From: a virus
IMG/VR virus record: IMGVR_UViG_3300047476_000639
Location: 1 to 64,000 of that record
Length of the DNA: 64,000 nt
Strand: one strand, 5' to 3'
Position numbers and translations under genes: made by a program. How positions within the stretch are numbered: the first letter of the stretch is position 1; each line of letters begins with the position of its first letter. This document shows, piece after piece, positions 1-8,527 of this stretch. The notes under the pieces are model-generated. The model was not told the origin of the DNA. It did not search any database and saw only the letters and a list, made by a program, of their open reading frames with translations.

Positions 1-70
1 GTTCTGAAGAGCGCCGCAAGGCTGCTATTGCTGCTGTTCTTCAAGCTCGTAGAGAGAAGAAGTAATAGCT

Positions 71-493
71 ATGAACAAAAAGCAACTTGCCGAAATGATC
101 AAAGAAATTCGCAAGCAGAAACTTGCCGAGATCATTGGCAAACCAGGTCCTTTTGATCCTGCACATCGCAAAGGTACTCATGGTGAAGATCCGCAAAGCT
201 CTAATCAGTTCTATCATATAAAAGAAAAAAAACAAATTGATGAAGTTCTTGGCGGAACATATCACAAGAGAAAAAGAAACGTCTTCTTTCAAAAGAAAAT
301 ACCAAGTGAAAGAAGCTGGCAAAAAGCTGGACAACAAAAAATGAAAGGTCGCTACGATGAAGAGATGGATATTGTTCATCGTGGTGGTAAGACAGAAACA
401 GGTAAATTATCTGATACGGTAGAAGTATCTCCAAGAGACAAAAATTCTGTCAACAAAGAAATTAGTATTACTAAAGAAAACAAGGAGAAATAA
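71..493 (+). CDS. hypothetical small lysine-rich protein
   Basis: ORF with ATG start; K/E-rich; no recognisable domain. Confidence 0.4.
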   Translation: MNKKQLAEMIKEIRKQKLAEIIGKPGPFDPAHRKGTHGEDPQSSNQFYHIKEKKQIDEVLGGTYHKRKRNVFFQKKIPSERSWQKAGQQKMKGRYDEEMDIVHRGGKTETGKLSDTVEVSPRDKNSVNKEISITKENKEK

Positions 494-496
494 CCA

Positions 497-1084
497 ATGC
501 TTTGGGGAAATAAAGACTACGCAACAGGTAACAACAAGCCTGTATATGCAAACACTACTTACTTAGTGTCTAACTCAACAATCAATGGAAGCAAGGCCAA
601 TACCTCAAAGTACTACGGTGCTGTGTGGGGCGTTTCTTCTACAGAAGCCGCAAATACTCTCGTTGATGGTAAAAAAGTTGCACATGCTGGTTGGGTATCA
701 CAAAAGATCGGTACAGGACCAATTGCTTCTATTGCTATCACGAACGGTGGTTCTGGTTACAATGCAGCCGGTTTCTTGAGAGTATCAGGCGGCGGTGATG
801 GTACGGTCAACGTAAGTTATGCAATTGCTAACTCACAAAATACTTTACAGTCATACTCTAGCAATGCCGCATGGAACACAATTTCATCTATCACTATTGT
901 AAATCCAGGCGCAGGTTTCAACGTTGCTCCTACCGTGATTGCACCGGGTTCTAACATCTCAGCAGCATCATTTGCTATTACACTCGGCGGTCGTGCCGGT
1001 CGTGTAAACTATGAAACACTTATCGCAATGGGTTCAATGACTGAAGACAACTCTGCTGACGATAAGTATTTCCCAGGCACCTAA
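497..1084 (+). CDS. hypothetical protein with GSGY / NPGAGF beta-repeat motifs also seen in the baseplate and fibre proteins
   Basis: Motifs ITNGGSGYNAAGF and IVNPGAGFNVAPTVIAPGS resemble repeats in the 50158, 52234 and 54580 proteins; tightly packed after the upstream gene. Confidence 0.45.
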   Translation: MLWGNKDYATGNNKPVYANTTYLVSNSTINGSKANTSKYYGAVWGVSSTEAANTLVDGKKVAHAGWVSQKIGTGPIASIAITNGGSGYNAAGFLRVSGGGDGTVNVSYAIANSQNTLQSYSSNAAWNTISSITIVNPGAGFNVAPTVIAPGSNISAASFAITLGGRAGRVNYETLIAMGSMTEDNSADDKYFPGT

Positions 1085-1101
1085 TATAAAGGCACAATAA
1101 C

Positions 1102-1965
1102 ATGAAAAAGTTCCGAGAATATATCACTGAAGAAATGATGCCTTATGCTCAAACCGAAAAAGGGTTTGTAGGTGTCGATAATGGTCCTGTTAGAGATAAC
1201 ATCAATATTCATTTAACTTCTATCACTGCTCGACCATACGCAACACCTTATCATGCTCTAGAAATGGTGCGTAAAGTTCTTGCACCATTTCATATCGGTC
1301 TGCCAGCAACAAACTTCTTGGCTGGTGATTCCGGCCATGAAGTTTTTGAGATCAATCAATTTGGTGAACGCATCGGCATGAAAAACAATGGTGATGTTGT
1401 CACCACAACAGGATCATCTTACTTTGTCTACTTTGAGTACTCAATGAATGATAAAGGTTCTTTTGATATATTCTCGGAAATTGTTAATAAAGAAGAGCTT
1501 GATGAACTTCTTGCCGATGTAGAAGATGAAATGGAAGAGGGTGACGAAGAGTATTACGACGATGATGTAGATGCTTCTGATTCTTACGATTCTTACAAAT
1601 CAGATAATAAAATAAATGAAGCAAAAGATTTTAAGAATGACTATGATCGTAACTGGAAGTATGTGAAGATGCATAATGCTGCTGCCAAGAAAGCAGGTGA
1701 GTACATAGATGATAAAAAGTTTGATAAAGCAAAGCTTAAAGTCAAGATGATGAAGCGTATCTCTAATAAGATTAGAGATCCTGATTCTGTTGATGAAGAC
1801 TATGATCTTGATTGGGCAAAAGAAACAAAACATACCAAAAACATTTTGTCTGGTGCAAGAAGAAAAGATGATAAGAAAAAGTGGAAAAGTTTTGTCAAAG
1901 ATGCTAACAAGAGAGCAGTAACAGGTATGTCTGGTAAAGCAGAGGGTGAAAAGCGCGAAAAGTAA
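1102..1965 (+). CDS. putative capsid-targeted internal protein with acidic central region
   Basis: N-terminus MKKFREYITEE resembles the T4 IPIII capsid targeting sequence; D/E-rich stretch; K-rich C-terminus. Confidence 0.5.
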   Translation: MKKFREYITEEMMPYAQTEKGFVGVDNGPVRDNINIHLTSITARPYATPYHALEMVRKVLAPFHIGLPATNFLAGDSGHEVFEINQFGERIGMKNNGDVVTTTGSSYFVYFEYSMNDKGSFDIFSEIVNKEELDELLADVEDEMEEGDEEYYDDDVDASDSYDSYKSDNKINEAKDFKNDYDRNWKYVKMHNAAAKKAGEYIDDKKFDKAKLKVKMMKRISNKIRDPDSVDEDYDLDWAKETKHTKNILSGARRKDDKKKWKSFVKDANKRAVTGMSGKAEGEKREK

Positions 1966-1967
1966 TA

Positions 1968-2354
1968 ATGATCAATAATCTAAGTGATGATAACTTTATA
2001 CTCTATGCGATGAAGTCTTACGATAAACCCAACTGCATTATGAGTGAATTTGAAGAAGACTTCAAAAGACTAAAGTATGTCAAGCGTCTCATTAAGAGAT
2101 ACAAGGTTACAGGTGAATTGAAAGAGCGGTTGATACTTAATCATATCATCATTCTTACAAATGTATTCGGTGTAGAACCTGCGGTGAGAATGTTGTTCTA
2201 TAAGATAGACGAAACGGACTATCATGTGCTGAAGACGTTCTTACTATTTTTGAACTTCATGCCTCAGCACATAAACGGAATAAAAGGAAAGTACCTGAAC
2301 TCATCAGATATAGGAGTAGATATCTTGGTAGGTAAGAGGTTACAGGATCTTTAA
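1968..2354 (+). CDS. hypothetical protein
   Basis: ORF immediately following the previous stop (TAATAATG). Confidence 0.45.
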   Translation: MINNLSDDNFILYAMKSYDKPNCIMSEFEEDFKRLKYVKRLIKRYKVTGELKERLILNHIIILTNVFGVEPAVRMLFYKIDETDYHVLKTFLLFLNFMPQHINGIKGKYLNSSDIGVDILVGKRLQDL

Positions 2355-2396
2355 TAAAGGTATTCATTTCATGGTGGACATAGCCATTATGAGGTC

Positions 2397-3161
2397 GTGT
2401 CAAGAGGTTGTCAAGAGAAGAAGATGAAGAAGCTCATTAGAAAAAAAATTCAAGAAGGCGAAAGCACATGGGACAGTATCTCTGCTTTCGGAAGACAGGC
2501 TGCTGATACCGCTACATTTGGTGGTTACAAATATGCTAGAGCCGGTGCAGACTATGCAGCAAAGAATATCGCAAGCATGGCAGGTTACGGCAAAGGTACA
2601 ACATACGATAAAGAGTTAGATCAGGAAAAAGAAAAGCTTGCACATGATGATGCAGAACACCAACAAGCATCATCAGCAGGAAGACTAGCAGGCGCAACAG
2701 CGGTGGTTGCTGCACCAGAAATTCCTGTTGTAGGCGCTACAATCGGTTCTGCAATCAGTGCTGGTGATAAAGCCAGCAAGATTCCGTATTATCTAGGTCT
2801 AGCAAAGAAAGCCATTGGTCTTGAAGAAGAGATGACTGCTGGCTCAGGTCAAATCGCAGGAATTGGTATTGGTCCACAAGGTGAACCGGGAAGACCTGCA
2901 CAAATGATGCCAATGGTTAAGAGAGCCAAGCGTGGTAAGTTAGGACAATGGGACACTTTTCAAGTTTCGTCCGATAGATTTCATAAGATCAAAGAAGAGA
3001 AGCGCAAGGGTGCTCAGTGGCGCAAGTATCTAGAAGAAGATGACTACTATCACGACATTCGTGAATATGCCAATCATCCAAAGAATAGAAAGAAGCCGAT
3101 CATCATTCAAGATGAACGTACTGGTGCTATGACATTTGCGCGTTACGGTAAGGAAAGATAA
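2397..3161 (+). CDS. hypothetical Gly/Ala-rich protein
   Basis: ORF; start may be an internal ATG (MKKLIRKK); G/A-rich central segment. Confidence 0.45.
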   Translation: MSRGCQEKKMKKLIRKKIQEGESTWDSISAFGRQAADTATFGGYKYARAGADYAAKNIASMAGYGKGTTYDKELDQEKEKLAHDDAEHQQASSAGRLAGATAVVAAPEIPVVGATIGSAISAGDKASKIPYYLGLAKKAIGLEEEMTAGSGQIAGIGIGPQGEPGRPAQMMPMVKRAKRGKLGQWDTFQVSSDRFHKIKEEKRKGAQWRKYLEEDDYYHDIREYANHPKNRKKPIIIQDERTGAMTFARYGKER

Positions 3162-3163
3162 TA

Positions 3164-3952
3164 ATGATCACTAGAGAAATGCTTAAGAAGATTGCACCAA
3201 ACTCAAAAGAAGAAATCATTGGTCCTTTGGTTGGCTATCTCAACATGTACATGCCAAAATATGAAGTGAACAATTATCTACGTGTCTGTCATTTCATTGC
3301 ACAGGCGGCACATGAAGCGGCTTCGTTTAGAACACTAGAAGAATATGCATCAGGTGCGGCTTATGAAGGACGCAAAGATTTGGGTAACACACAACCCGGT
3401 GATGGCATTCGCTACAAGGGCCGTGGTATATTCCAGCTAACAGGTCGCGCCAACTATCGCACAATAGGTGCTAAGATAGGAAAAGATTTGGAGAATAATC
3501 CAAAACTTGCAGAAACACCAGAGATATCAGTATTGACCGCTCTTGAGTATTGGAAATCACGCAAGCTTAATCCTCTTGCAGATAAAGATGATGTGCTTGC
3601 TATTACGAAGAAGATCAATGGCGGCACTAATGGATTTGAAGATCGTAAGAAGTATCTCGCTAAAGCTAAGACTGTTATACCTAAAGATTTTTCATTCAAA
3701 GAATCAGAACCTGAAAGTCCTCCACCTCCTGTAGATCCTTTAGTGCCTTCAATCGTCGTGGCAAAACGCGGTGATGTGTCACCTTACATTGCTGATTTAC
3801 AGAACATGTTGATCAGAAAGGGTGCAAGACTTGCTAAAGACGGAAACTTTGGGCCAGCAACTGAAGCTGCTGTGAAAGAATTCCAGACAAAAAGCAAATT
3901 GCCTGTCACAGGTCAGATCGACACTGACACACTTAATCTGTTGATGGTGTAA
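3164..3952 (+). CDS. endolysin: GH19 chitinase-like lysozyme domain plus C-terminal peptidoglycan-binding domain
   Basis: GH19 signature GRGIFQLTGRANY and AAHEAASF; C-terminal PG_binding_1-like DGNFGPATEAAVKEFQ...LPVTGQID. Confidence 0.8.
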   Translation: MITREMLKKIAPNSKEEIIGPLVGYLNMYMPKYEVNNYLRVCHFIAQAAHEAASFRTLEEYASGAAYEGRKDLGNTQPGDGIRYKGRGIFQLTGRANYRTIGAKIGKDLENNPKLAETPEISVLTALEYWKSRKLNPLADKDDVLAITKKINGGTNGFEDRKKYLAKAKTVIPKDFSFKESEPESPPPPVDPLVPSIVVAKRGDVSPYIADLQNMLIRKGARLAKDGNFGPATEAAVKEFQTKSKLPVTGQIDTDTLNLLMV

Positions 3953-3953
3953 G

Positions 3954-4418
3954 ATGAAGACGCTCAAATCATTTCTTGAAGAAGCCATGACAACACCATA
4001 TGAAAATTTCTATGCAGGTGTAGAAAAAGGAAAATATGGTGATACTCATCGATATCATTTCTATGATCATAAGAATAGACCTTTTGCCGTTCAGATTTAC
4101 AACCGTACTGAAGGTATGACAAAAGGAAAAGCGGAAGTGTCGTTCGAAGATGAACACGGTTCAATAGGAACAACAGGCCAGTCCGGTAAACATGCTATGA
4201 GAATATTTTCAACAGTGAAAGATATCATGAAGAAACATGCAGATACCCATAAAGACATAGATCATTATGTCTTTTCTGCATTCAAGAATGAAAAAGATCC
4301 TGAAAACAAAGTAGATTCAAAAGCAAAACTATATTCAACTATCGCAAAGGCTCACGGCGGAGCTAAAACAGCAGAGACTGATTTTTTTCACAACTATAAA
4401 GTACCAATCAAGAGGTAA
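3954..4418 (+). CDS. putative capsid-targeted internal protein
   Basis: N-terminus MKTLKSFLEEA matches the T4 CTS pattern MKTYQEFIAE; TAAGATG overlap with the endolysin stop. Confidence 0.5.
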   Translation: MKTLKSFLEEAMTTPYENFYAGVEKGKYGDTHRYHFYDHKNRPFAVQIYNRTEGMTKGKAEVSFEDEHGSIGTTGQSGKHAMRIFSTVKDIMKKHADTHKDIDHYVFSAFKNEKDPENKVDSKAKLYSTIAKAHGGAKTAETDFFHNYKVPIKR

Positions 4419-4423
4419 AAATA

Positions 4424-4708
4424 ATGGAATCATGGATCAAGCAATATTGGAGACCTGCAATTGCATGGCAATATCTTGCTGTGTGTTTATTTGACTTTAT
4501 AATTTTTCCTGCTGCATTCATGTATCTCACAAAACAACCATGGGATCCAATCACTCTCAAAGAGGGTGGGTTCTATCATCTTGCTATGGCAGCGATTATC
4601 GGTGTTGCAGCATGGACAAGAGGACAAGAAAAGATACAGCGTATTACATTGGGTGACGAACTCTTGGAACGTACAACAACAACTCAGACACCTACAGGAA
4701 CAAAATGA
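4424..4708 (+). CDS. small membrane protein (possible holin)
   Basis: Two predicted hydrophobic helices; sits near the endolysin. Confidence 0.4.
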   Translation: MESWIKQYWRPAIAWQYLAVCLFDFIIFPAAFMYLTKQPWDPITLKEGGFYHLAMAAIIGVAAWTRGQEKIQRITLGDELLERTTTTQTPTGTK

Positions 4709-5463
4709 AAACATTCTTAGAATACCTAAAAGAAGAAGGTGTGCTTGATAGCATCGGCACAGGATTCAATCAGGTGCTTAATCCTATTCGTAGACAGTTA
4801 GGTGTAAAAACCGGTGAACTTCCTGCTGGCACCAAAGAAGTTGATTACTCTGCTATTGGCAATAAAGCTCTTAGTACATTTGACACTGCAATGTCTGCAT
4901 TTGGTGGTGCCGATCCCGGTAAGAAGAATATCGATAAACCTAAAAATGTTTCATCTAAAATTCAAGATAGAGTGCCTCAACAAATTCCAAGAAGTCCTCT
5001 AGATAAAGCACCAGAAAGACAAACATCTGTTGCATTCCAGAGACAATTATCACGCGATGTTGCTCCTCGTCCACAGTTTGGCCAGGATACCGCAATGAAG
5101 ATGTTGAAGTTTGAAAGAAAATTGAAAGCTGACATGAAGTCATTTGATGATGATATGAAGATGCGAAAAGCTGAGTTTGATATAAAGTTCAAAGCTGCAA
5201 TGGAAAAGAAGCAACCATCTAAAGCTTCTATTGGTGATACAGGAATCAAGAAGACTACAACAAGTCTTGTTAACAAGTCTCAGCTTGCACCGGTTGAAAA
5301 CCAGAAAGCATCTTCTGGTGGTTCATACAAGATCAAGGCAGGCGACAATCCAACAAAGATCGCTAAGGACTTAGGAATGACTTTGAAAGATTTAGAAGCG
5401 AAGAATCCAGGAATACTTAAGCGTTCTAAGAGATTGAAGATCGGCGGCACCGTTAATAGATAA
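4705..5463 (+). CDS. LysM-domain protein with CTS-like N-terminus
   Basis: N-terminus MKTFLEYLKEE; C-terminal LysM YKIKAGDNPTKIAKDLGMTLKDLEAKNP. Confidence 0.6.
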   Translation: MKTFLEYLKEEGVLDSIGTGFNQVLNPIRRQLGVKTGELPAGTKEVDYSAIGNKALSTFDTAMSAFGGADPGKKNIDKPKNVSSKIQDRVPQQIPRSPLDKAPERQTSVAFQRQLSRDVAPRPQFGQDTAMKMLKFERKLKADMKSFDDDMKMRKAEFDIKFKAAMEKKQPSKASIGDTGIKKTTTSLVNKSQLAPVENQKASSGGSYKIKAGDNPTKIAKDLGMTLKDLEAKNPGILKRSKRLKIGGTVNR

Positions 5464-5473
5464 GAGGTAAAAT

Positions 5474-5983
5474 ATGTTAGCATTATTATCGCCACTCTTT
5501 GGCATTCTAGGCAGTTTACTGCCTTCTATTGTGAGAATATTTGAGCGAAAGCAGGAGATTAAGTATGAGATCGAACTTACAAAAATCAAGTTGGATGCGG
5601 CAGAACGACAAGCCGATCTCACTTACAGTATTGAAATGGTCAAGAACGATGCTGTCTCACGACAATCTGCTCTTGATCATGATAAGTCTCTTGATGGTGG
5701 AGTCTTTATTAACGCACTACGCGCTTCTATTCGCCCTGTTATAACATATACATTCTTTTTCCTTTTCTGTGCAGTGAAGATCGCCGCTGCCTATGTCATG
5801 CTCTCAACAGGACAATCTGTACCTGAGATGTTGAAGGCTGTGTGGGATATTGAAACGATGTCACTATTCTCTACGATCATTGCTTTCTGGTTTGGTAGTA
5901 GAGTTATGGAAAAGCAAGAGAGAATTGCACAACCTAAACTCAATGTTACTGTGACAAAGACTGAACAGAAGAACACTAAATAA
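5474..5983 (+). CDS. membrane protein, candidate holin (about 3 TM helices)
   Basis: N-terminal TM LALLSPLFGILGSLLP, central amphipathic region, two C-terminal TM helices. Confidence 0.4.
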   Translation: MLALLSPLFGILGSLLPSIVRIFERKQEIKYEIELTKIKLDAAERQADLTYSIEMVKNDAVSRQSALDHDKSLDGGVFINALRASIRPVITYTFFFLFCAVKIAAAYVMLSTGQSVPEMLKAVWDIETMSLFSTIIAFWFGSRVMEKQERIAQPKLNVTVTKTEQKNTK

Positions 5984-6004
5984 TACAAAAAAGGGCGGCT
6001 GAAA

Positions 6005-6484
6005 GTGACAGAAGAGCTTGATACCAAGATAGAAATTGAATTACTTAAAAAAGATGTTGTAACCATGTCGGCGCTTCTGACGAAGTTTGATGCCGCGCTC
6101 GACAAGATGCAAGAGATCGCATCAAGTCTTTCAAGAATGGTATCTTTGCAAGAGCAGAGACTTGAAGTCCAAGAAACCTCAACCAAAGAATTGCAAAGCG
6201 TACTGGAAATGCGTAGAATAGAACATAACTCAGAAATCAAAGAATTGCACTCACGAATAACAACCGTAAACCGCGAACTCTCAGATAAAATTGATGATAC
6301 TGAAAAGAAGATACTTGATGAAATTCAATCTCTCAAGATAGAGTTGAAGGGCGACAACAAAGGCATAGGTACTAGACTTTCACAGATCGAAGCATGGAAG
6401 TATGGCGTTGCCGCTGTAATCGCCGCTCTGTTATTCCTTGCAACAAAAAATGCAATCAACATCAGCAAACTGTTTGGTATTTAA
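6005..6484 (+). CDS. coiled-coil protein with C-terminal transmembrane anchor
   Basis: Heptad-like E/K/L-rich sequence; C-terminal AAVIAALLFLA; the track's first codon is GTG, so the start is uncertain. Confidence 0.4.
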   Translation: MTEELDTKIEIELLKKDVVTMSALLTKFDAALDKMQEIASSLSRMVSLQEQRLEVQETSTKELQSVLEMRRIEHNSEIKELHSRITTVNRELSDKIDDTEKKILDEIQSLKIELKGDNKGIGTRLSQIEAWKYGVAAVIAALLFLATKNAINISKLFGI

Positions 6485-6495
6485 GCTTCACACTA

Positions 6496-6548
6496 GATTT
6501 CCTATCACATTCTGATATAATGCCACCTGTTTAACTGTAGGTGGCATT
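6496..6548 (+). promoter_or_regulatory. sigma70-like promoter (TTCACA ... GATATAAT) followed by a 7-bp hairpin GCCACCT/AGGTGGC overlapping the primase RBS
   Basis: Sequence ttcacactagatttcctatcacattctgatataatGCCACCTgtttaactgtAGGTGGCattATG. Confidence 0.4.
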
Positions 6549-7553
6549 ATGTCTTTGTATATTGACAAGAAGTTCGTTTCGCTCGTTTCAACAAAGCTAG
6601 AGAGATTTAAGCAGAAATCGGAATTCCTTTGGAACTTCCGTTGTCCTATCTGTGGAGATTCCAGCAAGAACAAGCTGAAGGCGCGAGGATATTTCTTTCG
6701 CAGAAAGTCTGATCTATTCTTTCAGTGTCACAACTGTGGCACTTGCATGTCTATGGGAAACTTCTTGAAGACCATGGACAAATCTCTTTATCGTGAGTAT
6801 CAGCTTGAACGCTACAAGGAAGAAAGCAATGGTAATGTTGCTAAGCCTGACTTCTCATATGTAGCTGTGAAACCAGTCTTCAACATTCAGAAAAAGATCA
6901 ATCTTCCTACAATCAAGTCTCTCTCAGAAGAGCATATTGCAAAACAGTATGTTCGCAGTCGTAAGATTCCTATCGACACTGAACTATATTACGCACACGA
7001 CTTCAAGTCATTTGTGTTAGAGATGCTGCCTGATTATGAGAAGACGCTATACACGGAATCTCGTATCATCATTCCTTTTTATGACAAAGATAAGAAGCTC
7101 CTTGGTTTTCAAGGTCGCGCTGTTGGTGAATCCAAAGTGAAGTATATCACAGTGAAGCTTGATGATGATTTTCAGAAAGTTTATGGTCTTGATCGTGTTG
7201 ATCTGAGCAAGCGCATATACGTAGTAGAAGGTCCAATCGACAGTCTGTTTTTACAGAACTCTCTTGCGACCATGGACGCATCGCTATATAATATTACTCT
7301 TTTGCTCGGCAATCATGACTATGTGTTCATTCATGACAATGAGCCGCGCAACTCTGCTATCGTAAAGCAGATGGCGAAGACAATAAGTCACAATAAAAAT
7401 ATTTTTATTTGGCCTCAAGATATAGTGTCCAAAGACATAAACGACTGGATATTGACTGGAGCGACAACTTCAGAAATTCTCAGTATTATAGATAGAAATA
7501 CGTTTGAAGGTTTAAGAGCAAAGTTGGAGTTTGAGAGATGGCGAAAGGCGTGA
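6549..7553 (+). CDS. DNA primase (zinc ribbon plus TOPRIM), T4 gp61-like
   Basis: N-terminal CPICGDS...CHNCGTC zinc ribbon; TOPRIM motif YVVEGPIDSLFL; acidic DNEPRN. Confidence 0.7.
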   Translation: MSLYIDKKFVSLVSTKLERFKQKSEFLWNFRCPICGDSSKNKLKARGYFFRRKSDLFFQCHNCGTCMSMGNFLKTMDKSLYREYQLERYKEESNGNVAKPDFSYVAVKPVFNIQKKINLPTIKSLSEEHIAKQYVRSRKIPIDTELYYAHDFKSFVLEMLPDYEKTLYTESRIIIPFYDKDKKLLGFQGRAVGESKVKYITVKLDDDFQKVYGLDRVDLSKRIYVVEGPIDSLFLQNSLATMDASLYNITLLLGNHDYVFIHDNEPRNSAIVKQMAKTISHNKNIFIWPQDIVSKDINDWILTGATTSEILSIIDRNTFEGLRAKLEFERWRKA

Positions 7554-7801
7554 GATATTTTCGTAAAAGGCCTGTGACTATAGAAGCAATGCAGCTAACA
7601 GATGCGGCATCAGTTTTAGATATTGAAGAATGGATAAACAGTCCTACAACTGGTTATCAAACTAATCCACCGACAATCTGGATTGATACATTAGAAGGTC
7701 GCATGACCGCAAATGCAGGCGACTGGATCATCAAGGGTGTGAACGATGAGTTCTATCCTTGCAAGAATGAAATCTTTATTAAGACATATCAGGAAGTATA
7801 A
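7538..7801 (+). CDS. hypothetical protein
   Basis: ORF overlapping the primase end by 16 nt. Confidence 0.4.
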   Translation: MAKGVRYFRKRPVTIEAMQLTDAASVLDIEEWINSPTTGYQTNPPTIWIDTLEGRMTANAGDWIIKGVNDEFYPCKNEIFIKTYQEV

Positions 7802-7802
7802 T

Positions 7803-8507
7803 ATGCAGAATGTGAGACTGATCGGCGTTACACAGCCGAATATCAATATGAATGGTGATGATGTTGGCATTGATCGCGGCAAGATGACACCAATGACCGC
7901 AGAGCAGTTGATTGCATACTGTGCCCGCGTGTCTAATCCTGCTAATCAGGACAATCCAGATAGTGAGAAGTTGCTCAAGTATCTTGTGAAGAACAAGCAC
8001 TGGTCGCCATTTGAGATGGTGCATGTAGTTATGGAAATCAATACGACACGCGACATTGCACGGCAGATCCTTCGTCATCGTTCATTTTCATTTCAAGAGT
8101 TTAGTCAGCGTTATGCTGAAGTTGGTAATCCTCTTCAGGCCATGCAGGGCCGAGAACCAAGACTTCAAGATATCAAGAACCGACAAAACAGCATTGAAGG
8201 TGTTGATGCTAAGATATCTGAAGAGTGGTATGAAAAGCTTACAGAGGTCATGGACGTTTCTTATGCAAACTACAAGTGGGCCATCGACAATGGTATCGCC
8301 AAGGAGCAGGCCAGAGTGTTTCTTCCTGAAGGCTTGACTAAGAGCCGCATGTATATGTCTGGTTCACTTCGTTCATGGATTCACTACTGCGAACTACGCA
8401 TGGGTAACGGTACCCAGAAAGAACACCGTGAAATCGCTACACAATGCTGGAACATCATCACTGAAAAGTTCCCATCACTTAAGAACGTCTTAGAAAATAA
8501 TCAATAA
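7803..8507 (+). CDS. thyX: flavin-dependent thymidylate synthase ThyX
   Basis: ThyX signature RHRSFSFQEFSQRY; start taken at the ATG (MQNVRL) just after the upstream stop. Confidence 0.85.
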   Translation: MQNVRLIGVTQPNINMNGDDVGIDRGKMTPMTAEQLIAYCARVSNPANQDNPDSEKLLKYLVKNKHWSPFEMVHVVMEINTTRDIARQILRHRSFSFQEFSQRYAEVGNPLQAMQGREPRLQDIKNRQNSIEGVDAKISEEWYEKLTEVMDVSYANYKWAIDNGIAKEQARVFLPEGLTKSRMYMSGSLRSWIHYCELRMGNGTQKEHREIATQCWNIITEKFPSLKNVLENNQ

Positions 8508-8527
8508 AAAAATTTAGGAGTATTTGT

